Shown here: positions 24,600-38,963 of the stretch, one piece after another
How the letters are laid out: each line of letters begins with the position of its first letter
Numbering within the stretch: position 1 is the first letter of the stretch
NCBI GenBank assembly: GCA_002269645.1
Contig: NIVC01000427.1
Location: forward strand, 1-64,000
DNA length: 64,000 nt
DNA from: Macrostomum lignano
Lineage: Eukaryota
Direction of reading: 5' to 3'
Position numbers and translations under genes: made by a program
Notes under the pieces: generated by a model
What the model saw: only the letters and a program-made list of their open reading frames with translations
What the model was told of the DNA's origin: nothing
Database searches by the model: none

Positions 24600-25480
24600 G
24601 CAACTGAAGGACAGGAGGAACTGAAGGATGAGGAACTGAAGGACGAGGAACTGAAGGACAGGAGGAACTGAAAGACAGGAGGAACTGAAGGACAGGAGGA
24701 ACTGAAGGATGAGGAACTGAAGGACGAGGAACTGAAGGACAGGAGGAACTGAAGGACAGGAGGAACTGAAGGACAGGAGGAACTGAAAGACAGGAGGAAC
24801 TGAAGGACAGGAGGAACTGAAGGACAGGAGGAACTGAAGGACAGGAGGAACTGAAGGACAGGAGGAACTGAAGGACAGGAGGAACTGAAGGACAGGAGGA
24901 ACTGAAGGATGAGGAACTGAAGGACGAGGAACTGAAGGACAGGAGGAACTGAAAGACAGGAGGAACTGAAGGACAGGAGGAACTGAAGGATGAGGAACTG
25001 AAGGACGAGGAACTGAAGGACAGGAGGAACTGAAAGACAGGAGGAACTGAAGGACAGGAGGAACTGAAAGACAGGAGGAACTGAAGGACAGGAGGAACTG
25101 AAGGACAGGAGGAACTGAAGGACAGGAGGAACTGAAGGACAGGAGGAACTGAAGGACAGGAGGAACTGAAGGACAGGAGGAACTGAAGGATATGGGAACT
25201 GTAGGACAGGAGGAACTGAAGGATATGGGAACTGTAGGACAGGAGGAACTGAAGGATATGGGAACTGTAGGACAGGAGGAACTGAAGGATATGGGAACTG
25301 TAGGACAGGAGGAACTGAAGGATATGGGAACTGTAGGACAGGAGGAACTGAAGGATATGGGAACTGTAGGACAGGAGGAACTGAAGGATATGGGAACTGT
25401 AGGACAGGAGGAACTGAAGGATATGGGAACTGTAGGACAGGAGGAACTGAAGGATATGGGAACTGAATCACAGGAGGATA
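24600..25480. repeat. 17-bp minisatellite grading into a 33-bp higher-order unit
   Basis: GAACTGAAGGACAGGAG units (24600-25190), then GGAACTGTAGGACAGGAGGAACTGAAGGATATG units (25190-25470). Confidence 0.95.
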
Positions 25481-25948
25481 TGGGAACAAAAGAACAGAAG
25501 AATAATGAAGGACAGGGAAAGTGAAGACAGGAGGAACTAAAGGAACAAATTGGTATCACAAAACTGCATGACCATTTCTTAATACTAAGAAAATAACTGA
25601 GAAAAAGACATCAACTTACGCAGGACAAAGTTGACAGCGCTTTAGCCAGTGTATTTGTTTCTATTTTAATCTCATTGGCGACGTTTATGTTAATTATTCG
25701 CTTTTGTTGAACAAGTTCTTAAGAAAACAATAACGATGGTAGAAAATATGCTGGATAAATGTTCATTACACTACTGTTAGTAGAATAGTGCATATAGTTT
25801 AGTAAGCTTAAATATTGACCAGGACTCTGGATAAACACAAATTCAAGGTGTCACAGCTACTACTACTACTATTACTACTACGGCTAACTGCTTCTCTTTT
25901 TTATCTAACTGAACAGACAAGTTCCATTTTGGTGGCTAATTGAATCGC

Positions 25949-26386
25949 TCACTGCCACTGAGCCCCGGTGCCGAAGCGCTGTCGGCATTGTTTAAGAATC
26001 TCGCTATAGCCGGCGCACAGGCTAATATCCTGCTGGTTAACGCTGCAGTTCATTAGCTGCTCCATCTCGTATTGGCAGGGCTGCTGCTGCTGCTGCTGCT
26101 GGGCAGCACCCGGGTCAGCGGCAGATTCGACAGCTCCGCCGCTGCCGCCGAAGCTGCCAGTGATGGCGTGTCCGATGGTGTGCCCGATGGCCACTCCGCC
26201 GGCTGTGGATGCCATGTTCGACAGGAAGCCGCCGCCGCCCGAGGGGGCCGATGCAGCCGGGGCGGGCTGTGCCGGCGGCCTAGCGGCTGGCACATTGTTG
26301 CTGGGCCGCGGAGCGGCCGGTGGCGGGGCGGCCGGCCTGCGCATGAAGCCGCCGCCACCGCCTCCTCCTCCAGATCTGCGACCCAT
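25949..26386 (-). CDS. CHCHD2: CHCHD2/CHCHD10 (Mic17-like) mitochondrial intermembrane-space protein, 145 aa, single coding exon
   Basis: Gly/Pro/Arg-rich N-terminus, conserved MASTAGGVAIGHTIGHAITG helix, twin CX9C (CQYEMEQLMNC...CAGYSEILKQC). Confidence 0.94.
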   Translation of the reverse strand: MGRRSGGGGGGGGFMRRPAAPPPAAPRPSNNVPAARPPAQPAPAASAPSGGGGFLSNMASTAGGVAIGHTIGHAITGSFGGSGGAVESAADPGAAQQQQQQQPCQYEMEQLMNCSVNQQDISLCAGYSEILKQCRQRFGTGAQWQ

Positions 26387-26564
26387 TGTTAATAATTAAT
26401 AGGTGAGAGACTTGCGAGCATGCAGCGAATGAGATTGCGCAATGACTCGGTCTCGGATTAAAATGGCTATTTAATTATTCTAGGACCCTGGAACCTTAAA
26501 ATCTTCTATGGAACTTGAAGGCATGACAAAAGTAAGGGACTATTCAGAGTCTATTCTTTATATA

Positions 26565-27025
26565 TTGATTCAGGGGCGATTCTCTATAAACATGATTCAG
26601 AGACGATTCTCTATAGATTTGATTCAGGGGCGATTCTTTATAGACTTGATTCAGGGGCGATTCTCTATAGACTTGATTCAGGGGTGATTCTCTATAGACT
26701 TGATTCAGGGGCGATTCTCTATAGATTTGATTCAGGGGCGATTCTTTATAGACTTGATTCAGGGGCGATTCTCTATAGACTTGATTCAGGGGCGATTCTC
26801 TATAGATTTGATTCAGGGGCGATTCTTTATAGACTTGATTCAGGGGCGATTCTCTATAGATTTGATTCAGGGGCGATTCTCTATAGACTTGATTCAGGGG
26901 CGATTCTTTATAGACTTGATTCAGGGGCGATTCTCTATAGATTTGATTCAGGGGCGATTCTCTATAGACTTGATTCAGGGGCGATTCTCTATAGACTTGA
27001 TTCAGGGGCGATTCTCCATAGACAT
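26565..27025. repeat. 27-bp minisatellite, about 17 copies
   Basis: Unit GATTCAGGGGCGATTCT(C/T)TATAGA(C/T)TT. Confidence 0.96.
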
Positions 27026-28200
27026 GAAATTCTTCCGAAGTAATTCAAAGACGATTTATTAGATATGATTCAGTGGTGATTTTCAGAACAGGCCTGAGTG
27101 ATACAATGCTAATTATTATGCCTAACTAGCGAAAACTTCAAGACTGGCATGACAAATAATAAACAAGTAAAGTACCTCCCAACAGTTTTTTGAAATTGTG
27201 CGATTTTTATTGAGTTGACTGTTAAACAAAAGCGTTGCAAACACCGTTTCTATGAGGAGATTCTACTGATAAATCAAACTTGAAAAATGTAGAGAAAATG
27301 AGAAAATCAATGGCAGAAAACAACCGTCTGACAAAAAATAAAAATAAACCACAAAATTCGAAGTGCTACTATACTACTTATACTAGTGTTTTACTGGCAC
27401 CAATTTGAATTTAAAATGAAGAAAAAACCCTTCCATGAACCGAAAAAAGCAGAAATTAAACGAATGAAGGAAGTTCATTAATAAGATTTAGTGCTCAACA
27501 AGATTGGGACATTGCGATCTTTATGAGTTCTTGCTCTATTCTAAATCTGTAAAAAGACTGGTCTAGTGCTTAGTTTGGGCACTTCGTTGAATAAACATAC
27601 AGTACATACCTAGCATATCAGAAGTTGAGATAGCAGAACAATGCTGGGCTCGAAGCAGGCCAAAAAATTTATTTAAGTATATTTTATCCATAAGCGCAAA
27701 GAAGTCAGCTGTTTAATGTTTAATACAAAAACGAGTTACTGAGTGCCCACCAAGAGATCAATACAACGAGAACAGAAAAGCGACTGCCATATACTGTGCA
27801 GTTTCTTTAATCTAACAATAAATCTTTTGTTCGTTTTTGTCGTAGGAAAAAACTAATTAGATGACAAGCTATTCAACCATTCAAATATAGTCATAGTTAC
27901 TCTCGCTGTTTACCTAAAAAATTGCAAGATTTTTTTAGCAACGCTCAAGGCAAACAAATAAATTAAATAGAGAAAACACAAATAAACTACTCATAATAAA
28001 AAGCTGCATTTTGATTAGAGTCAGATTAAATCTAGCAGCAGAGCGTTTAGAAATGTTCTGTTTGGCACACGTGAACTACTTAAAGTATTATATATCTAAA
28101 TAATGTCAGTTTTGGGTCAATTGAAGTACACAAATCAAAAAACATCAAAGGCTAGCAGTTATGCTTTATGCTCATAGGTAGATTGTTAAGACTAGCTCAA

Positions 28201-31155
<2,955 letters not shown>

Positions 31156-32776
31156 CTGTTTCGAGAGAAAACATCATAAATAAAATATGAATTTGAAAAT
31201 AAGCTTTGGTTGTCGGAGTTAAAGCCAATGATAAGTATTAGTGGTAAAAGGTATGTTTTTACATTTTTGATAATAACTTTTTGTACATAATTTGAGAAAT
31301 AACATGCCTAATATCAAAAAAACATTTATGGCTACTAGGTTGACTGGATGAATAATTACAAAAGCTACTAATTTCTGTCTGTCTAGACCATACATATAAA
31401 TCTTCAACTGAATGAAATGAAACTGGCACTGAAATGAAACCAGCATAGTCTTAACATTTTTGCCATTTTGATTAACACAATCTTGTTTAATGTTAAGCAA
31501 CAATCTTTGATTGCTAAATAATGCAAAATTACCACAAAAAACTTATTAAACAGGTAAACTACACAAATAGAGCCTTGCTCTAATAATAAATTAGAAAGAA
31601 AAGAAATATATAGTTGAAAGTCTTGAAATAAATTGTTTGGTTTAATATAATGGAGTTTAAAGATTTGCCATGACCTTCTAATAGTAATTATAATGGACAA
31701 AGACAAACTATTTGAACTCAACTTGACTTTTAAACATTTACTATTCAATTTGAGCTTTGCTTGAAAAAACAAGGTTTGTTAGGATTTTAAAAAATGTGGT
31801 ATAAATGGTATATAAAATAAACTTTTAAAAACCTTTTCTATCATATAAACAATGATTGCTTACATACATGTGCAACCTCCAAAATTCGGTCGGCCATGCG
31901 ACTTAGTTTTAACAAAAATGCAACTTACATGTAAAAAACTCTGACGCAAAATTAACGCAACTTTGGGTAAACGCCAGGAGTAACTATGACTGTCTTTTAA
32001 AGTCAAAATGCCTCATCAGCTACTTAGTAGTACTACTTTGGTGGGCATTTTTGCAACTTCCATGGTTGGCCGCCAAATCGGTCAGCCGGATCGGCCGACT
32101 CAGCCGACTGTTGCGCATGTATGATTGCTTATTTAATTGTTAAAAAAATTGTACTCTTCTAAGCTGGGAATGTGTTGTCTTTTGGTAACTTAATTAGGCC
32201 TATAGGCCATTAATACTTTCATCGCTAACATTTAAATTTAATTTAGAAATAGGACTATTACATCATTGTACTTGTTAAATAATAAGATTGTCCATAAGTG
32301 TAGACTAGTGATAGATCCCAATATTTAGAATGTCTCACTTTTAGAACAATAAATTTTGTAGATTTGAAAAAAATATGTTGACACTTGTGTAGCTACCTAG
32401 AGTTTTTTTTAATTTTGTGCAATGAGAAAACTGGAAGTTAGCATGGATTTTTTGAAGTTTTGTATACTACTTGTAAATTATAATATACAAAAAAGTTTTT
32501 GCATGTAAGAGGCAATTGACTTCCCAAAAAGGTCATTTATTGTTGAAATTGCAAAAAGGGTTTTTTATTGTTGAAACTGCAAAAAAAATCATTTATTATC
32601 AGGATATAGAAAAAACTTGTGCATTTTAGAAATTGTGCAAAAATTTCTATGCAAGTTTTTTTCCCCAAAATTTCCAAGCAAGGATTCCATCCTAGTATAA
32701 CATAAGTAGTACAAATCAGCAAAAAAATTCCTACTAGTATAACTACAAGCTTGGTATGATCTAGATTAAAACTATA

Positions 32777-33026
32777 TAGTAGGGTCTTCCACAATAGGGT
32801 CCCATCTTGTTTTTGAACTTGAACACTTGTAACTTTGAATTATAATAGATTGAACAAAGCTACAAAAAGCAATATATGTTAAACTTCTAGTTTTATTTTT
32901 TTCATATAGCTGCTTTTAAATTCTAAAACTGTTTTTGCAGCTTTGTTCTTTCTATCTATTATGGTTCAAAAGTTACAAGTGTTCAAATTCAAAGACATAA
33001 TGGGTCTATTATGGAATGAACTAGTA
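32777..33026. mobile_element. Decayed hairpin MITE
   Basis: TTTGAACTTGAACACTTGTAACTTTGAA (about 32812) is mirrored by TTCAAAAGTTACAAGTGTTCAAATTCAAA (about 32965); symmetry extends outward imperfectly. Confidence 0.65.
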
Positions 33027-34070
33027 GTAGATTTAGGGGATGCATAGGGTGTATACTTTGGGTGTAGCCCATTTTGGCAAAGGAAATTTCAGCAAAAGAT
33101 GCTTCAACAAAAATGAATTTTTAGTTTATATAAATATACATTTTGGCAAAAGAAAGTGACCAGTTTGGCAAAAAGATAGGCTACTTATTTATAACCTATA
33201 ATTGCAAATATATACATGTATAACTTTGGTGATTATAGTTATTAAAAAGTATTCATTGACCCCCTTGCATATATTTGCCATATTTTGGAAGGTTTAGTAG
33301 TATATACCAAATGTTTCTAGTGTACAAATGCTTTAGCTAATGTATATCTAGCATACAAATGTTTTAGCTAATATACATATGGTATACAAGGAGGAAAAAC
33401 AACTTTTTGGCATAATCATTGGCTTACAACTTTTAACTCAACAACGCTCAAATTATATGTAAATTATGCTCAACAATCTTTTGCTATAGTAAAGTTAATT
33501 TTATATTTTGACAATAAATTATTTTTAAAAATAATATCTTGAAAGTTTCTATAGTTACTAGTAAAAAATATACATAAAATAATAATATACATAACTATTT
33601 TGTTTTACTAATTATTTCTATTTTTTAAAATAATAGAGGTTTCATTTTTTAATAGCAATTATTTGCCATGTGTTGATTGCTTATTGCATTGGTTGTATGC
33701 TTTTTAATCATGAAATTTTTTGTGACATGCAATTTACCAGAACACTTGATTGGTATAATTTATTGGCATACACTTGACTAAATAGCCAAATAATTTTTGG
33801 GGTACATGTAACACAATCTGCAATATGGTATATTTGCAGTTTGTAAATTAAAACACTCATGACTGGACCTAGCTGATAGCTATGTTATATATATGCAAAG
33901 TACAATCAATAGATTAAGGATAATGGTGTGGTTTTTCAGTTTCTAAACTATACACATACTTTGAAATCTTGCTTTAATGGAACAGCACCTAATAAAACAA
34001 CCAGTAGCAGATCTAAAGTTTTATTTTGGGGAGGGGGTAGTCCAAGTTTGGGACACTAACTATGCTTGGG

Positions 34071-34224
34071 CGCAACCTTGGGATTCACCCGGCTGTTTCT
34101 ATTGGCAACACACGCATGTAAGTCGCTATTGGCTGAGAGCAGTCACGTGACTACTGTTCTGTCCAATAGCGACTTACATGCGTGTGTTGCCAATAGAAAC
34201 AGCCGAGTGAATCCCAAAGTTGCG
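34071..34224. mobile_element. 154-bp near-perfect palindrome (MITE-like)
   Basis: Arms CGCAAC(C/T)TTGGGATTCAC(C/T)CGGCTGTTTCTATTGGCAACACACGCATGTAAGTCGCTATTGG, centred on GTCACGTGAC (34143-34152). Confidence 0.8.
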
Positions 34225-34880
34225 TATGTATGACACTAACACAAGTATAAAAGGCACTAATTTTTTAGCTAAAGGGCAAAAAATGTGTGTAGAGGGCAAA
34301 AAATCAAGTTTAGGGATGCAAAAAATATATATAAGGGCGAAAAATCAAGCTTAAAGCACAAAAAGGCATTTAGAGATGAAAAATCAAGTTTAGGGATTGC
34401 AAATTTAGGTTTTTAAGAGATGCAATATGTTTTGTCAAGCTATTTTAGTGGGGGCAGGGCAGGGCAAGGGGGGGGGGCAAGACAGGGCAAGGGGCAGGGC
34501 AGGCCTGGCAGGGCAAGGTGAGGCTGTTCCCCCTTAAATCTACCCTTAAAAACAATATTTTACTAATCAAATAATGAAATTGCCTTAGAATAAAAAACAT
34601 ATAATAATAAAATAGTCTTTTTAAAGCTTGTATTTTTTATTTTGATTTTAAAACAACAAAAAGAAAATTTTTTTGCTTTTCTTTGAAGCTTAGATTAATC
34701 TCAACAAATCTTAACCAAAATGGCCAGCTTTAGTCTAGATGAAATCACGGTGAATATAGTTTTGCTATTATCAACTTTTGCTGAAAATTCCTTTTCCAAA
34801 ATGGGTTAAAACCCATGCTTCCCCTGTTAAGTTTTCAAAAAAACTCTGTGGCAGCAGGTAATACACATTATCATGTAGGC

Positions 34881-35796
34881 CATATAGTCAGGATGATGTA
34901 CATTACGCCAGAAATTTCCAGCGTACAATTGAAAATTTTACTTTTTTTGGCATACAATTGGTGTAAAAATGAGACAAAATATATTTGGCGTACCTTTTGG
35001 CTTGACGCTGTGGGGTAAATACGCCAAGCAGCGTATGCCAACTCCAACCTTCATGCCAAAGTTAATATTAACAATTGTTGGCATAATGCCATAACCTCAG
35101 AATCTTATTATAAAATCACAAAAACCATAAAACTCGTAAGATACTGGTAAAAGTTCATAACTATTCGTGATTAATATAGTACACCTTAATTTTGTAATTT
35201 AAATTGGTGCCAACTCGAGGCGTGTGTTAAGTAAAGCAAAGTAATCGCATCGCAATGTAAGAATACTCGTATATTTTCATTTCATTCAATACTTTATATT
35301 GGTAACTTTATATCAGCTGAATTTCATCGCCTTAGCTCGATGATGAGTCTAATAAATGCTGAATCATAGCTCAAACTGTTACTGGCTATGCTTTAGTGTG
35401 TGCCTAGTAAGCAGGCAGCTGTGCAAGCTTGTGATTGGGTGGTAAAGGCTCAAAGTCAAATTTAGTGTCCTGCCTCTATTCTTGCTATATTTATATATAT
35501 AAAAATTTAAAATTCCATGCAAACTAATTGTGTTAATTTTCTAAAAAACTTAAACAAAAAATTGATTTTTGTTGGCATTATCTGTAAGCCAATTTACTTT
35601 AAATGAAAACCACACATTTGTTAAATTTTTATTGTTAAAAATGTATAACACGCAAAAAAGGTCATTTATTGTCGCAAAGCCTAGAAAACCTGGCGTAAGT
35701 TCCTAGGACCTTGGCGTATGTTTCAGTATGAAGTGGCGTAGATTTTTTTAGGGGACTTTTTATTCCAGCGTATACCATGACATGATCCTGACTATG
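34881..35796. mobile_element. Old non-autonomous TIR element with probable 8-bp TSD
   Basis: Ends CAT(AT)AGTCAGGATGATGT and ACATGATCCTGACTATG; flanks ATGTAGGC / GTGTAGGC (1 mismatch); subterminal TACGCCA/TGGCGTA repeats at both ends. Confidence 0.55.
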
Positions 35797-36390
35797 GTGT
35801 AGGCCTATATACATAATGTACTTGATGGAATGTAGGCCTACATATAGTCTATAGATACATACACCTTAATAATCTGCACCCCCATTCAATTTTTTGAATC
35901 CACACCTGATATAAGCTTTATACCAATTAAACTAATTAAAGCAATAAATATATGCTCACGACATAAGTCATTTATTTGCATGATCTGATAGTGATGTGCA
36001 TAAGTCATAATACTAGGCCTAAAAGACAATGAAAAAAGATACTTACTTTCTAATGTCAAACTGCATTTTGGAGCAGCTGATATTCTTATTGCTTAATTGC
36101 GTTCTGAAAATTTATGCTCAAAAAATTTAGCCTTATTAGGCTTGTCTAAAATTCTGCCAACTTTTAAACTAGTCTCACTCAGTGACTCAGTGACTTATTT
36201 ATTTGAAACTTCGTATTGATCTTATCAAAGAAAAAAATATTTTTAAGTTATTGCTAAAAAATAGACAAAATTTTAAAGTTAATAGATAATCATAATCATA
36301 ATTCACAAACTAAAATGTACAGACTAGTTAGTAACGTAACGAGAGAGAGAGTCACCGCGGGAAGTCCCTATAAGTCCTTATAGCTGTTTT

Positions 36391-37088
36391 CAAGGACGAC
36401 TTAAGTAGAAGGACGGGAAACCTCGTTTCTTAGAAAATTTTTGAAGGCACTCTTTCCCGAAAAAATACACTGCGGAGATAGGAAATTTTCATTTTTTCAG
36501 CACAAAAATTGCTATAACTTTTGATAGGAGGCAGATCCAGTGTTGATCTTTTGATATGTTGTGCCTTTTTTATTGCTCTATCGATATTTATAAAGCTTTT
36601 CGTTCAGAAAATTAGGATTCCATGTTAATTTTTTATTCTACGTATATTTCCTGTATCTAAAAATCACAAAAATGCATGACACAGCTCTAATATTTGCTTT
36701 TATGAATCTATTTTATCATCTATGTTACGACTATTTGCTATACAGTCAGGTAAGAAGGATAAAATAGACTCATAAAATCAAAGAGCCAAGCCGTGGCATT
36801 CTAATGTATTTCAAGCACAAGACACATGAAAATATACGTAGAATAAAAAATTAACATAGAATCCTAATTTTCTGAACGGAAAGCTTTATAAATATCGATA
36901 GAGCAATAAAAAAGGCACAACATATCAAAAGATCAACACTGGATCTGCCTCCTATCAAAAGTTATAGCAATTTTTGTGCTGAAAAAATGAAAATTTCCTA
37001 TCTCCGCAGTGTATTTTTTCGGGAAAGAGTGCCTTCAAAAATTTTCTAAGAAACGAGGTTTCCCGTCCTTCTACTTAAGTCGTCCTTG
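36391..37088. mobile_element. 698-bp foldback non-autonomous DNA transposon
   Basis: About 260-bp near-perfect inverted arms starting CAAGGACGACTTAAG; exact 8-bp TSD GCTGTTTT (36383-36390, 37089-37096). Confidence 0.93.
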
Positions 37089-38963
37089 GCTGTTTTATGA
37101 TCATTTTGAAAATACGGTATTTTACCCATTCAGATTTTAAAACAAAATAAAGCGTTCCAGGAAACAGCTGCTATGCATATACTATAGATAGTACTTAAAA
37201 GCTCAAGGATTCTTTCATAGAAAAATATTTAACCTTCAGCTCTTCAACTCAACGATTCAAGGCCTAAATGGTCATGAATACTTTACGAAATCAATTGCAA
37301 TTATGCATAGGGCGATTATTATTGTAGTTAGCCGATCAAATTTATCAGTGGCTAAGCGATCTGAATTTTAGCAAAAGAAACCCTTGTTTCAAAATCATGA
37401 CAGTAATATGTCCTATCACTACAAAGGCCTCTGCTGTGTAGTGGTATAAATTCAATTGCACTAAAGTTGTATTTACAACTTTGGCTTAGGCTTATGAAGT
37501 AAAAAGAAAAATTACGAAAATGAAACATTCACTAAACAACTACACAAAATGCAACCGAGCAACATTTTGTGCTTGTTAAATTAAAAGCTAATGGTAATCT
37601 TCACGTCCCCAGATCAATTAATGCAATCTGCATGCATTGATTTTGTGACAAAAAGTATTTTTTCATAGGCGTAGGAATTGCGGGGGTAGGAATGGCCCCC
37701 CCCCCCCCACTTTATAAAATGTGTGCTGACAAGACGGATTCTGAAAATAATCGGTACATGGTAATGTGCATTTTCCATACAAAAAATCTAACTCGACGGA
37801 GGCGTGCGCCGCCCCCCCCCCCTAAATCCGCAACTGAACCTGCCCCCAACTCACTTTTTGAAACATTCCTACGCTTATGTATTTTTTCCTATCTCCGCAG
37901 TTGTATTTTTTTTTAAGAATTATCCCTTAAAAATTACACGATATTTGAGTTTTACATTCTGTTTTACAATAGTGGTCCTGGCATGCATAGTGCAAATTTA
38001 AAACCATTGTCAAAAAGCGAAGCTAGCTAAATAGAAATTTAATTGTTGTCGGAGACGAGCGGTGTAGCGGCATGGTCGACTTACTTGGCAGAAAAAGGTA
38101 ATTGATATATCGGGGCTCTTTTCCGCTTCTTGAAGAATTTTGTGTGCATGCATGTACACTGTACATAAGCGGCCGGTCCTTGATATTATAAGCATCTAAT
38201 AAAACAAGAGTCTATCGACACTGTAAATTAATATGCCCGAGAGGTGCAGTGCATCTGGAAACGCTAACCGTCTGTGCCCTGCTGCCCTTGATGGGTTGGA
38301 TCCCCTGCAGGACCGCAGAAACAGTTGGACAGCTGCAATTTTTGAAGACAGCCCCGCTGAATAACACCAATATTTGGGCGGAAGGCATGCTCAAGCTTAA
38401 ACGCTGCTATAAATAAATAGTGCTATAGAAAATTATAGAATGCTTTCTTTGCCACGAATCAAACAAAGTGAGGGTTAGCTCGTACTAAAATCAGACTATA
38501 GAGGTAAACAGTTATCTCTATTAAACCTGGCAGTTTTCATTGCTTAAAAATCATTTTTTGTTCCACAATTTAACAATCAATTTTGTAAACTCCACACGAG
38601 TTTCAAGTGACTTTGTGCAAAAATTATTCAGCTTAAAAAAGAGACCTATAGCTAACTTGTCAAAATAAAACTATCTGCATAAAATTTACCCAATAATTCT
38701 TATAATAAAAATTGTAAAATCTCAAATATGATTACAACACTAATAATTGATCTAAAAATAGAATACAACGACGTGTCGTGACTTGCTGTAGAGTTTCACA
38801 TCTCGGCAGGTAAGGACCAATTAGCAAACTGGTAATGCCTAAAAATAGCTCATGTGACCGCGTGTCGCCGCACGCTGAACGGCAGCCCCCCCCAGTTGAT
38901 TATAAAAGCCTATTCAGAGCTGACCGAATCGATTACAGACAGGCGGTCAATTCCAATAAGCAA

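Noticed and set aside
24564-25559. 300-330-aa repeat ORFs
   Set aside because: Low-complexity translations of the 17/33-bp array.
33026-34555. GTAGATTTA(A)GGGG inverted ends suggesting a 1.5-kb hAT-like element
   Set aside because: The match is only about 13 bp, no TSD is identifiable, and the interior is uninformative.
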